From an uncultured Actinomycetota bacterium (lineage in GTDB: Bacteria; Actinomycetota; Actinomycetes; Prado026), in assembly GCA_963771835.1 (NCBI GenBank), contig CAVYVA010000001.1:23172-87171 (forward strand): a stretch of 64,000 nt of DNA. Direction: 5' to 3'. A program made the position numbers and the translations under genes. The notes under the pieces are model-generated. The model was given only the letters and a program-made list of their open reading frames with translations, made no database searches and was not told the DNA's origin. Below, piece by piece: positions 30,373-39,932 of this stretch; the first letter of the stretch is position 1; each line of letters opens with the position of its first letter.

Positions 30373-30481
30373 CGCCTCGGGGCAGGTATCCCGGCTCGCC
30401 GCCCGCACCCGGCTCGGGATGCGCGCGGCCTACGGTTGCGGGTCAGCGCCGGAGTTCGACCGGCTTCCCCTGTCCGAGGCG
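30373..30481 (-). ncRNA. Cobalamin (B12) riboswitch
   Basis: Minus strand: cgcctcgg-acAGGGGAAgccGGTcgAActCCggcgCTGaCCCGCAACcGTAgg...GAGCCgGgataCCTGCc-ccgaggcg, with B12-box elements and an 8-bp closing stem. Confidence 0.92.
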
Positions 30482-30563
30482 TGTGGAGTTGTGGTCGGAC
30501 GCTCCCACGCCGCGACCGCCCGCGTCAAAGTCCCGCCGCAGGTCCGCGGATAGGGTGCCGGGC

Positions 30564-30773
30564 ATGGGTTGGACCTGGCGCTACGCGGACGCCTCCGGCG
30601 GCGTTCTGGACGCCGACGAGCTGCCCCGGACCTCGTTCCCGACGCAGGCCGACGCCGAGTCCTGGATCGGGGAGTCCTGGGAGGAGCTGGTCGCCGGCGG
30701 GGTCGTCAGCGTCGTGCTGCTCGAGGACGGCGCCGAGGTCTACGGCCCGATGAGCCTGCTCCCGCCGGACTGA
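30564..30773 (+). CDS. Small conserved actinobacterial protein
   Basis: WTWRY..FPTQADAESWIGESW..YGPMSL; TAGGGT 7 nt upstream of ATG. Confidence 0.85.
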   Translation: MGWTWRYADASGGVLDADELPRTSFPTQADAESWIGESWEELVAGGVVSVVLLEDGAEVYGPMSLLPPD

Positions 30774-30779
30774 GGCTGC

Positions 30780-31784
30780 TCAGTCCTCGGGGCGGCTGGG
30801 CGGGCTGACCGTCTCCGCCGGGTCGGTGGTCACGACCCCCTCGAGCGCGGCGTCGATCGCGGCCATGCTGTCCGCGTCCAGCCGCACGCCGGCCGCCTTC
30901 ACGTTCTCGTGCACCTGCTCGGGCCGGCTGGCGCCGATGATCGCCGCCGCCACGTTGTCGTTCTGCAGCACCCACGCGACGGCGAGCTGGGCCATGCTGA
31001 GGCCGACCCGGTCGGCGATCGGCCGCAGGCGCTGCACCCGCTCGAGGACCTCGTCGGACATCCAGTCCTTCACGTCGTCGGCGCCGCCGTTCGGGTCGGT
31101 GGCGCGCGAGCCGGCAGGCGGCGGCTGACCCGGCAGGTACTTGCCCGAGAGCACGCCCTGCGCGATCGGCGACCACACGATCTGCGACAGCCCCTCCTGG
31201 ACGCAGGCCGGCACCACCTCGGCCTCGATCACCCGCCAGAGCATCGAGTACTGGGGCTGGCTCGACACGAACGGGATGCGCAGCTCGCGGGCCAGCGCTG
31301 CGCCGGCGTGGATCTGCGCCGCCGTCCACTCCGACACCCCGACGTAGAGCACCTTCCCGGCCCGGACCAGGTCGGCGAACGCGGTCATCGTCTCCTCGAG
31401 CGGCGTCTCGTAGTCGTACCGGTGCGCCTGGTACAGGTCGACGTAGTCGGTCCCGAGCCGGCGCAGCGACGCGTCGATCGACTCCATGACGTGCTTGCGG
31501 GAAAGGCCGCGGTCGTTCCCGCCCGGACCGGTGGGCCAGTACACCTTGGTGAGGATCTCCAGTCCCTCGCGCCGCTGTCCGGCCAGCGCGCGTCCGAGCA
31601 CCGACTCGGCCCGCCCGGCGGCGTACACGTCGGCGGTGTCGAACGTGGTGATGCCGGCGTCCAGGGCAGCGTGCACGCAGGCGCTCGCCTGGTCCTCCTC
31701 GACCTGGGAGCCGTGCGTGATCCAGTTCCCGTACGCGATCTCGCTGATCAGCAGGCCGCTGGTGCCGAGGTAGCGGAACTCCAT
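30780..31784 (-). CDS. Aldo/keto reductase
   Basis: MEFRYLG, FDTADVY, DLYQAHR, VGVSEW, IIGASRPEQ. Confidence 0.95.
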   Translation of the reverse strand: MEFRYLGTSGLLISEIAYGNWITHGSQVEEDQASACVHAALDAGITTFDTADVYAAGRAESVLGRALAGQRREGLEILTKVYWPTGPGGNDRGLSRKHVMESIDASLRRLGTDYVDLYQAHRYDYETPLEETMTAFADLVRAGKVLYVGVSEWTAAQIHAGAALARELRIPFVSSQPQYSMLWRVIEAEVVPACVQEGLSQIVWSPIAQGVLSGKYLPGQPPPAGSRATDPNGGADDVKDWMSDEVLERVQRLRPIADRVGLSMAQLAVAWVLQNDNVAAAIIGASRPEQVHENVKAAGVRLDADSMAAIDAALEGVVTTDPAETVSPPSRPED

Positions 31785-32389
31785 CAGAGCTCGTCTCCGG
31801 CCTTGAGGCGCGGCTTGGGCAGGCGCCACCGGCGCAGCTGCAGGGATCGCATCGCGGCGTAGAAGCCCGCGCCGCGCACGTCCTCGTCCGGGAACCGCCG
31901 CGCGGCCTCGCGCTTCACGCGACCTCCCAGCATCGCGGTGCCGCCGATCATCATGAGCATGTACAGGTACGTCGCGATCACGACGTAGGCGCGGACGGTC
32001 ACGTTCGCGATCGAGTTCGCGCCGAGCGTGAGCGGGATGAACAGCACCATCGACGGCAGCATCAGCTCGCCGAGGGTGCGCCGCGAGTCGACGTAGTCCC
32101 TGGCGAAGCGACGCACCGGACCCCGGTCGCGCGCAGGCAGCGCGCGCTCGTCGCCGCTGATCAGCGCCTGGCGGGTCTGCAGCCGCTGCTCGCGGGTGGT
32201 CTGCCGGTCGGCCTTGGCCGCTTCGCGACGGCTCAGCGGCGGCTTGGCCCGGGCCTTGCGGGCCGCCTCGGCCTCCTTGCGGCTGGGCGTCGGGCGGCCC
32301 TTGCCGACCTGGACCGAGCCGGCCTCGTCGGTCGTGACGGACTGGTCCCGGTCGGAACCGGCAGGCTTGCTGTCACGGCGGAAGAGCAC
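31784..32389 (-). CDS. DUF3043 family membrane protein (Rv2206-like)
   Basis: KGRPTPSRKEA, RDRGPVRRFARDYVDSR, RRWRLPKP. Confidence 0.92.
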   Translation of the reverse strand: MLFRRDSKPAGSDRDQSVTTDEAGSVQVGKGRPTPSRKEAEAARKARAKPPLSRREAAKADRQTTREQRLQTRQALISGDERALPARDRGPVRRFARDYVDSRRTLGELMLPSMVLFIPLTLGANSIANVTVRAYVVIATYLYMLMMIGGTAMLGGRVKREAARRFPDEDVRGAGFYAAMRSLQLRRWRLPKPRLKAGDEL

Positions 32390-32453
32390 GCTGCAGCAGT
32401 ATCCCGACCGACGTGCTGTCGCCGGGCGCGGGGAGCGGGCTTACGCTCATGGG

Positions 32454-33203
32454 ATGGCTGGCTTGTGGAAGCGGATGACCTCGATCTTCAAGGCCAAGGC
32501 GTCGTCGGCCCTGGACCGGGCCGAGGACCCCAGACAGACCCTGGACTACAGCTACCAGAAGCAGCTCGAGCTGCTGCAGCAGGTGCGCAAGGGCGTGGCC
32601 GACGTCGCGACCTCGCGCAAGCGGCTGGAGCTGCAGCTGCAGGCGGTCGGGCAGCAGATCGACAAGCTGGAGGGGCAGGGCCGGGCCGCGCTCGCCCAGG
32701 GCCGCGAGGACCTCGCCCGCGAGGCCCTCACCCGCCGGTCGGCGCTGCAGCAGCAGACGACCGACCTGCAGGGTCAGCTCGCACAGCTGCAGGCCGACGA
32801 GGACCGGCTGGTCGCGGCCCAGCAGCGGCTCGCCAGCAAGGTCGAGTCGTTCCGGACCCAGAAGGAGACGTTGAAGGCCTCGTACACCGCGGCCGAGGCG
32901 CAGACCAAGATCAACGAGGCGTTCACCGGGCTGTCGAACGAGTTCTCCGACGTCGGCCTGGCGGTCCAGCGGGCCGAGGACAAGACCGCGCAGATGCAGG
33001 CGCGCGCCGGCGCGCTCGACGAGCTGATCGCCTCCGGCGCGCTCGTCGACTCGTCCGGGGGGAGCAAGGACGACCTGACGGTCGAGCTCGAGCGGATGTC
33101 CAGCCAGAGCGACGTCGAGCGTGAGCTTGCCCGGCTCAAGTCCGAGCTCGCCCCTGGCCCCGCCGCACCCCAGATCGCCCCCACCCCGGAGCCTCCGGCC
33201 TGA
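32454..33203 (+). CDS. pspA: PspA/IM30 family protein
   Basis: EDPRQTLDYSY, GVADVATSRKR, GREDLAREAL, QARAGALDEL. Confidence 0.93.
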   Translation: MAGLWKRMTSIFKAKASSALDRAEDPRQTLDYSYQKQLELLQQVRKGVADVATSRKRLELQLQAVGQQIDKLEGQGRAALAQGREDLAREALTRRSALQQQTTDLQGQLAQLQADEDRLVAAQQRLASKVESFRTQKETLKASYTAAEAQTKINEAFTGLSNEFSDVGLAVQRAEDKTAQMQARAGALDELIASGALVDSSGGSKDDLTVELERMSSQSDVERELARLKSELAPGPAAPQIAPTPEPPA

Positions 33204-33228
33204 GCCGCCCCGGACGAGGTCGGACGGG

Positions 33229-34140
33229 TCAGGGCTGGCCGGGGGTGGACAGGTCGGCGCGGGCGCGGGCGTTCGTGGCGGCGGCACCAGAGCTGGCCAC
33301 CACCACGACGACGATCCCGGCCCACTGCCGGCCGAGCAGCTGCTCGTGCAGGAGCAGGACCCCGGCCAGCGCGGCGACCGCGGGCTCCACGCTCATGAGG
33401 ATGCCGAACACACCGGTCGGTACCCGGCGCAGCGCCTCCATCTCCAGCGACCACGGAAGCGCGGACGACAGCAGCGCGACGCCGCTGGCTGCGGCCAGCG
33501 CGGCCCAGGTGAGGTGCCCGGCCGCCGAGGCCATGCCCAGCGGCGTGGTGACCAGCGCCGCCACCACGAGGGCCGCGGCCAGTCCCGAGCCGCCGGGCAG
33601 GAGCTCGCCGACCCGGGCCGACAGGACGATGTAGCCGGCCCAGAACGCACCGGCGGTGGCGGCGAGCAGCACCCCGACCATGTCCAGCCGGTCGCCGGAC
33701 GAGGTCCTGACCAGCAGCAGGATGCCGGCGACGGCCAGCAGCACCCAGACGCCGTCGGCGAGGCGGCGCGACGAGAACGCGGCGAGCGTGAGCGGACCGA
33801 TGAACTCGACGGTGACCGCGATCCCCAGCGGCACGCGGTCCAGGGCGAGGTAGAAGGTGGAGTTCATCGCGGCGATCACCAGGCCGAAGGCCGCCACCGA
33901 CAGCAACGTGCGGCGGCTCCACCGGCGGCCGCGCCGCCACGGCCACGGCCGCCACGCGACCAGCAGCACCACCGCCGCGATCGACAGCCGCAGCCAGGTG
34001 ACCCCGGTGGCACCCAGCTGTGCGAACAGGTTCTTCGCCACCGCCGCGCCCACCTGGACGCTGATGATCGCAGCCAGGGCCAGACCCGCCCCGGAGACGA
34101 CCTGGGTGCGCGCGTCGCTCGTCGGGGCAGCCGGGGTCAC
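33229..34140 (-). CDS. EamA/RhtA-type DMT exporter
   Basis: SVQVGAAVAK, PLGIAVTVEFIGPL, LMSVEPAVAA. Confidence 0.9.
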   Translation of the reverse strand: MTPAAPTSDARTQVVSGAGLALAAIISVQVGAAVAKNLFAQLGATGVTWLRLSIAAVVLLVAWRPWPWRRGRRWSRRTLLSVAAFGLVIAAMNSTFYLALDRVPLGIAVTVEFIGPLTLAAFSSRRLADGVWVLLAVAGILLLVRTSSGDRLDMVGVLLAATAGAFWAGYIVLSARVGELLPGGSGLAAALVVAALVTTPLGMASAAGHLTWAALAAASGVALLSSALPWSLEMEALRRVPTGVFGILMSVEPAVAALAGVLLLHEQLLGRQWAGIVVVVVASSGAAATNARARADLSTPGQP

Positions 34141-35330
34141 GCCGGGAGCGCGAGCATGCGGTCCAGTCCGACGCGTGCCCAGTGCGCCACCTCGTGGTCG
34201 ACCTCGATGCGGTTGACCACGCGTCCCTCGACGAGGTTCTCCAGCGCCCAGACCAGGTGCGGCAGGTCGATGCGGTTCATCGTGGAGCAGAAGCACACCG
34301 TCCGGTCGAGGTAGACGATCTGCTGCTCCGGGTGCCGCAGGGCGAGCCGCCGTACCAGGTTCATCTCGGTCCCGACGGCCCATGCGCTCCCGGCCGGCGC
34401 CGCGTCGATCGTCCGGATGATGAACTCGGTCGAGCCGACCAGGTCTGCGGCGGTGACGACGTCGTGCCGGCACTCGGGGTGGACCAGGACGCGGACGTCC
34501 GGGACCCGCTCGCGCACCTCCCGCACCGAGTCGACGGTGAAGCGGCCGTGCACCGAGCAGTGCCCGCGCCACAGCACCATGCGCGCCGTCGCGAGCTGGT
34601 CCGGCCGGACCCCGCCGCCCGGCTTGTGCGGGTCGAACACCACGCAGTCGTCCAGCGACATCCCCAGCTCGCGGACCGCGGTGTTGCGGCCGAGGTGCTG
34701 GTCGGGCAGGAACAGCACGCGCTCGCCCTGGTCGAACGCCCAGCGCAGGGCTCGCTCGGCGTTGGACGACGTGCAGACGGTCCCGCCGTGCCGGCCGGTG
34801 AAACCCTTGATCGCGGCCGTCGAGTTCATGTACGTCACCGGGACCGTGCCGGCGGCGGCGCCGGCGTCGGCGAGCACGTCCCACGCGTCCTCGACCTGGC
34901 CGATCGCGGCCATGTCGGCCATCGAGCAGCCCGCGGCGAGGTCGGGCAGCACGACCTGCTGGCTCGCCGAGGTGAGGATGTCGGCGCTCTCGGCCATGAA
35001 GTGCACACCGCAGAACACGATGTACGGGGCGTCCGGTCGCGCGGCCGCTTCGCGGGCGAGCTTGAACGAGTCGCCGGTGACGTCGGCGAACGCGATGACC
35101 TCGTCGCGCTGGTAGTGGTGCCCAAGCACGAACACCGAGTCGCCGAGCGCGGCCTTGGCGGCGGCGGCGCGTCCCACGAGGTCGGGGTCGGACGGGGCCG
35201 GCAGGTCGCCGGGGCACTCGACCCCGCGCTCGGAGTCCGGGTCGGCGCCACGACCGAGCAGGAGCAGCGCGAGCGGCGTGGGCGTCACGCCCTCGGGCAG
35301 GCCCAGGTCGAGGTCGACCGTCCCGGTCAC
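34137..35330 (-). CDS. nadA: Quinolinate synthase
   Basis: GHHYQRDE, FCGVHFMAES, GCSMAD, YMNS, CTSSNA, HPEC, CFCSTM. Confidence 0.96.
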   Translation of the reverse strand: MTGTVDLDLGLPEGVTPTPLALLLLGRGADPDSERGVECPGDLPAPSDPDLVGRAAAAKAALGDSVFVLGHHYQRDEVIAFADVTGDSFKLAREAAARPDAPYIVFCGVHFMAESADILTSASQQVVLPDLAAGCSMADMAAIGQVEDAWDVLADAGAAAGTVPVTYMNSTAAIKGFTGRHGGTVCTSSNAERALRWAFDQGERVLFLPDQHLGRNTAVRELGMSLDDCVVFDPHKPGGGVRPDQLATARMVLWRGHCSVHGRFTVDSVREVRERVPDVRVLVHPECRHDVVTAADLVGSTEFIIRTIDAAPAGSAWAVGTEMNLVRRLALRHPEQQIVYLDRTVCFCSTMNRIDLPHLVWALENLVEGRVVNRIEVDHEVAHWARVGLDRMLALPA

Positions 35331-35399
35331 CGTCGCCACCTCCGTACGCGAGATCGGCTGGGTACACGAAGCCCTGTCCCTGCATCGTACGGTGGCGCG

Positions 35400-36434
35400 G
35401 TGAACGTGCTGGTGGCGCCCGACTCGTTCACCGGAACCCTCACGGCTGTGCAGGCGGCGCGGGCGATGGCCGCCGGCTGGCGCCGGCACGACCGTGGCGC
35501 GGTTCTCGAGCTCGCCCCCATGTCCGACGGCGGGCCCGGTTTCGTCGAGGTCCTGCACGCCTCGCTCCTCGGCAAGCTGCATGCGGTGCAGGCCACCGGG
35601 CCGCTGGGCGACCCGGTGCTCGCGCAGGTGCTGCGCACGCCGGACGGGACCGTGTACGTGGAGGCCGCGCAGGTCTGCGGGCTCGATCTGGTCCCCGTGG
35701 AACGCCGACGCCCGCTCGAGGCGACCACCACCGGCGTGGGCGAAGTCCTGCGGGCGGTGCTGGAGCTGTCCCCGAGCCGCGTCGTGGTCGGCGTGGGCGG
35801 CACGGCGAGCACCGACGGGGGGCGCGGCGCCGTGCAGGCGCTGGGCGGGCCCGACGGCTGGCCGCGCGACGTCCCGCTGGTGGTCGCCACCGACGTGGAC
35901 GCGCCGCTGACCGGGGCGAACGGGGCAGCGGCCGTGTTCGGCCCGCAGAAGGGCGCGACCGGGGCCGACGTCCGGGTGCTGGACGAGCGGCTGCGGTCCT
36001 GGGCCGAGCAGACCGGCGGAGACCCCCAGGCCGCCGGGGCGGGTGCCGGCGGCGGACTCGGCTACGGCCTCATGCTGCTCTCCGGCGTTCGGGTGAGCGG
36101 GGTGCAGACCGTGCTCGAGGCGGTCGACCTGCCCGCACGCGCGGCGTCCGCCGACCTGCTGCTGACCGGCGAGGGAACCTTCGACGCCACCTCCCTGCAG
36201 GGCAAGGTGCCCAAGGGGGTCGCCTGGGTGGCGCAGCGGGCCGGGTGCCCGTGCGTGGTGCTGGCCGGCCGGGTGATGGTGGGACGGCGGGAGTTCTCCG
36301 CCGCCGGGGTGGACGCCGCGTACGCGGTCGAGGAGAGCGCCGGCTCGCTGGCGGCGGCCCGCCGGGAGCCGGCCGCCCGGCTGGAGGACCTCGCCGAGCG
36401 CGTCGCCCGGACCTGGACCCCGCGGGAGGCCTGA
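35400..36434 (+). CDS. glxK: Glycerate kinase
   Basis: VAPDSFTG, PMSDGG, GGTASTDGG, FGPQKGA, TGEG. Confidence 0.92.
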   Translation: MNVLVAPDSFTGTLTAVQAARAMAAGWRRHDRGAVLELAPMSDGGPGFVEVLHASLLGKLHAVQATGPLGDPVLAQVLRTPDGTVYVEAAQVCGLDLVPVERRRPLEATTTGVGEVLRAVLELSPSRVVVGVGGTASTDGGRGAVQALGGPDGWPRDVPLVVATDVDAPLTGANGAAAVFGPQKGATGADVRVLDERLRSWAEQTGGDPQAAGAGAGGGLGYGLMLLSGVRVSGVQTVLEAVDLPARAASADLLLTGEGTFDATSLQGKVPKGVAWVAQRAGCPCVVLAGRVMVGRREFSAAGVDAAYAVEESAGSLAAARREPAARLEDLAERVARTWTPREA

Positions 36435-36579
36435 GACCCGGGCGGTCGCGGATGTGTCACGATGGAGGGGAACAGCCCGCGCGGCCGCGTGGTTCACGCT
36501 GGAACGGGCGATGTGCCCTCCGGCCCGCAAGCACTCCAGGCTCTCCAGCCGGGAGCCGTACGACCAGGAAGGTTCGACC

Positions 36580-36930
36580 ATGACGATCCAGGACGAGACC
36601 GTCACCGACGGGATCCTCCTCACCGAGACCGCCGCCGGGAAGGTCAAGGCTCTGCTCGACCAGGAGGGCCGCGACGACCTGTCGCTGCGGGTCGCGGTCC
36701 AGCCGGGCGGCTGCTCGGGCCTTCGCTACCAGCTGTTCTTCGACGAGCGGTCCCTCGACGGCGACGTGGTCAAGGACTTCGGCGGCGTCCAGGTCGTCAC
36801 CGACCGGATGAGCGCGCCGTACCTGTCCGGGGCGACGATCGACTTCGTCGACACGATCGAGAAGCAGGGCTTCACGATCGACAACCCGAACGCTTCGGGC
36901 TCCTGCGCGTGCGGAGACTCCTTCCACTGA
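36580..36930 (+). CDS. HesB/IscA/ErpA iron-sulfur cluster insertion protein
   Basis: GGCSGLRY, NPNA..SCACGDSF. Confidence 0.95.
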   Translation: MTIQDETVTDGILLTETAAGKVKALLDQEGRDDLSLRVAVQPGGCSGLRYQLFFDERSLDGDVVKDFGGVQVVTDRMSAPYLSGATIDFVDTIEKQGFTIDNPNASGSCACGDSFH

Positions 36931-37000
36931 GCCGCGTAGCCCACCGACCGCGCAGCAGGGCGTTCCGACCGCACTGCGCATCCGGCCGACCACCGATTGT

Positions 37001-37035
37001 CAGCGAGGCGACCTGCTCAGCAGGTCGCCTCGCTG
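37001..37035. terminator. 35-bp palindrome (17-bp arms, 1-nt spacer); terminator or operator
   Basis: CAGCGAGGCGACCTGCT-C-AGCAGGTCGCCTCGCTG between the HesB/IscA gene and the RCC1 gene. Confidence 0.6.
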
Positions 37036-37092
37036 TTCTCCTGACAGGACCATTTCGCTGGGGACAGACTGGCGCGGTCCTGGAGGGGGCAC

Positions 37093-38241
37093 ATGATGCG
37101 TAGACGCACGTTCGGCACGCTCGCGCTTGCCATGGCGCTGGCCGTCCCGCTGGCCACGGCGGTCACCACGTCGGCGAACGCCGCGACGGTCGGCACGGTG
37201 TGGACCACCGGATTCGGCGGCAACGGCCAGCTCGGCACCGGCGGCACCGCCAACCGCTCGACGTTCGGGCAGGTCACGAGTCCCAGCGACATCGTCCAGG
37301 TGTCGGGCGGTCGCGAGCACGTGCTCGCCCTCGACTCCACCGGCCAGGTCTGGGCCTGGGGCGACAACCCCAAGGGCCAGGTCGGCAACGGCACCAAGGT
37401 CGACGCGCTCAGCCCGGTGAAGGTCCCCGGGCTGACGAACGCGACGGCCGTCGCGGCCGGCCACTACCACTCGCTCGCGCTGCTGGCCGACGGGACCGTG
37501 CGGGCGTGGGGCATGAACGCCGTGGGCCAGCTCGGTGACGGGACCACCAAGCCGCGCACCAGCCCGGTCGCGGTGAAGAACCTGACCGACGTCGTCGAGA
37601 TCAGCGGTGGCCGCGACCTGAGCCTCGCGCTGAAGTCGGACGGCACGGTGTGGGCCTGGGGCCTGGACACCGACGGCGAGCTCGGCAACGGCGGTTCCAC
37701 GAACAGCAGCGTCCCGGTGCGGGTCGGCACGCTTACCGGTGTCGTGCACGTCGCGGCCGGGCGCGACCACGGGCTCGCGGTCGAGTCCGACGGCACCGTG
37801 TGGGCCTGGGGCCTGAACGCCTCCGGGCAGGTCGGCGACGGCACCAAGGTGGCCAAGCACTCGCCGGTCCAGGTGCCCGGCATCACCACGGCGACGGACG
37901 TCGCGGCCGGCGCCGACTTCTCGGTGGCGCTGCTGTCGGACGGCCGGGTCGAGAACTGGGGCGAGAACGGGCATGGCGAGCTCGGCAACGGGAAGACCGT
38001 CGACTCACCAACGCCGGCCCTGGTCGCCGGCCTGCCGGCCGTCCAGCGCATCGACTGCGGCCGCGACCACACGCTCGCGGTCACCACGACCGGGCAGCTG
38101 TGGGACTGGGGCTGGGACGACTTCAGCCAGCTCGGCGACGGCGGCACCACGAGCAAGAAGGCTCCGCAGCAGGTCACCGGGATCACGAACGCCATCGAGG
38201 CGTCGGGCGGGCGGAACTACTCGGTGCTGCTTCGCGGCTGA
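37093..38241 (+). CDS. Secreted RCC1/BLIP-II-like seven-bladed beta-propeller protein
   Basis: GGAGGG RBS, signal peptide, 7 repeats of (V)W(A)WGxNxxGQLG(D/N)G..AG.xH. Confidence 0.92.
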   Translation: MMRRRTFGTLALAMALAVPLATAVTTSANAATVGTVWTTGFGGNGQLGTGGTANRSTFGQVTSPSDIVQVSGGREHVLALDSTGQVWAWGDNPKGQVGNGTKVDALSPVKVPGLTNATAVAAGHYHSLALLADGTVRAWGMNAVGQLGDGTTKPRTSPVAVKNLTDVVEISGGRDLSLALKSDGTVWAWGLDTDGELGNGGSTNSSVPVRVGTLTGVVHVAAGRDHGLAVESDGTVWAWGLNASGQVGDGTKVAKHSPVQVPGITTATDVAAGADFSVALLSDGRVENWGENGHGELGNGKTVDSPTPALVAGLPAVQRIDCGRDHTLAVTTTGQLWDWGWDDFSQLGDGGTTSKKAPQQVTGITNAIEASGGRNYSVLLRG

Positions 38242-38283
38242 CCCGCTCGGCCGCCGGGCCGGGCTGACGTAGGGTGGCGTGTC

Positions 38284-39270
38284 GTGCGCATAGCCGTGAC
38301 CGGTTCGATCGCGACCGACCACCTGATGACGTTCCCGGGTCGGTTCTCCGACTCGCTGGTCGAGGGCAAGCTCGACAAGGTCTCCCTGTCGTTCCTCGTC
38401 GACGAGCTGGAGATCCGCCGCGGCGGCGTGGCGGCGAACATCGCCTTCGGGATGGGCTGCCTGGGCCTGCGCCCGATGCTGGTGGGGTCGGTCGGCGCCG
38501 ACTTCGCCGACTACCGGTCGTGGCTGGAGCGGCACGGCGTGGACACCGCGTCCGTGCACGTCTCGGACGTGCACCACACGGCCCGGTTCGTGTGCACGAC
38601 CGACGCCGACCAGAACCAGATCGCCTCGTTCTACCCGGGCGCCATGAGCGAGGCCCGGCACATGGAGCTGCAGCCGGTGGCCGACCGGGTCGGCGGCCTG
38701 GACCTCGTGGTCGTGGGCCCGAACGACCCCGAGGCGATGGTCCGGCACACCGACGAGTGCCGGTTCCGCGGCATCGCGTTCGCGGCCGACCCGTCCCAGC
38801 AGCTGGCCCGGATGGACGGCGCGGAGATCCGCAGCCTGGTCGACGGCGCGACGTACCTGTTCACCAACGAGTACGAGGCGGCGCTCACCGAGCAGAAGAC
38901 CGGCTGGACCGGCGAAGAGATCCTCGAGCGCGTCGGCACCCGGGTGACCACGCTGGGGGCCAAGGGCGCGCTGGTCGAGCAGCGTGGCGAGCCCGCCGTA
39001 TTCGTGCACTGCCCGCAGGAGGAGCGCCGGGCCGACCCGACCGGGGTCGGCGACGCGTTCCGGGCCGGGTTCCTGGCTGCGATCGCGTGGGAGCTCTCGC
39101 CCGAGCGGGCCTGCCAGGTCGGGTCGATGCTGGCGACGTACGTGATCGAGACGGTCGGCACGCAGGAGTACGAGGTGGGGCAGGCCGCGATGGTGGACCG
39201 GCTGCGGACGGCCTACGGCAAGCACGCGGCCGAGGAGATCGGCGCGCACGTCCGCTGCCTACGGCCCTGA
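38284..39270 (+). CDS. adoK: PfkB-family kinase, actinobacterial adenosine kinase type
   Basis: VTGSIATDHLM, RGGVAANI, DPTGVGDAFRAG. Confidence 0.88.
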   Translation: MRIAVTGSIATDHLMTFPGRFSDSLVEGKLDKVSLSFLVDELEIRRGGVAANIAFGMGCLGLRPMLVGSVGADFADYRSWLERHGVDTASVHVSDVHHTARFVCTTDADQNQIASFYPGAMSEARHMELQPVADRVGGLDLVVVGPNDPEAMVRHTDECRFRGIAFAADPSQQLARMDGAEIRSLVDGATYLFTNEYEAALTEQKTGWTGEEILERVGTRVTTLGAKGALVEQRGEPAVFVHCPQEERRADPTGVGDAFRAGFLAAIAWELSPERACQVGSMLATYVIETVGTQEYEVGQAAMVDRLRTAYGKHAAEEIGAHVRCLRP

Positions 39271-39932
39271 GCGACCTGTTCGGGGTCGGTCTCGACCTGC
39301 AGCCGGCGACGCTCGTCGCCGCGTACCGGTCCGGGCTGTTCCCGATGCGGCTGAACGGCCGCCGCGGGCGGCTCGGCTGGTGGTCGCCCGACCCCCGCGG
39401 CGTGCTGCCGCTGGACGGGCTGCGGGTCACCCGCTCGCTGCGCCAGTCCGCGCGGCGGTACACGGTCACGGTCGACACCGACTTCGCCGCCGTGCTGGCC
39501 GGGTGCGCCGACCGGCACCGGCCGGGCGGGTGGATCGGCGCCGACATCCGGGCGGCGTACACCGAGCTGGCCCGGCTCGGCGTCGTGCACTCGGTCGAAG
39601 CCAGGGACCGGGTCGGCGGCCGGTTGCTCGGCGGCCTGTACGGGGTCTGCATCGGCGGGCTCTTCGCCGGCGAGTCGATGTTCCACGTCGAGCCGGACGG
39701 GCGGGACGCGTCGAAGGTGGCGCTGGCCGCCCTGGTCGGGATCCTCTCCGGCGACGGGGTCGCCGGGCGGTTGCTGGACGTGCAGTGGTGCACGCCGCAC
39801 CTGGCGTCGCTGGGCGCCGTCGCGATGCCCCGCGAGCAGTACCTGGAGCGGCTGGCGTCGGCGTTGCGGCTGCCGCCCCCGCCGCAGTTCGCTCAGGCGC
39901 CGGCCGGGTCGGAGCCGATCCGGAGCACGTAG
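39267..39932 (+). CDS. aat: Leucyl/phenylalanyl-tRNA-protein transferase
   Basis: AAYRSGLFPM, WWSPDPRG, GGLYGV, FAGESMF, DASKVAL; no canonical start seen, CTG overlapping the adoK stop assumed. Confidence 0.88.
   Translation: MSDLFGVGLDLQPATLVAAYRSGLFPMRLNGRRGRLGWWSPDPRGVLPLDGLRVTRSLRQSARRYTVTVDTDFAAVLAGCADRHRPGGWIGADIRAAYTELARLGVVHSVEARDRVGGRLLGGLYGVCIGGLFAGESMFHVEPDGRDASKVALAALVGILSGDGVAGRLLDVQWCTPHLASLGAVAMPREQYLERLASALRLPPPPQFAQAPAGSEPIRST

Noticed and set aside
37200-38200. Periodic repeats (TGGGCCTGGGGC, CTCGGCAACGG) suggestive of an array
   Set aside because: Coding RCC1 blade repeats at ~150-nt period, not CRISPR; no cas genes or spacer structure anywhere in the window
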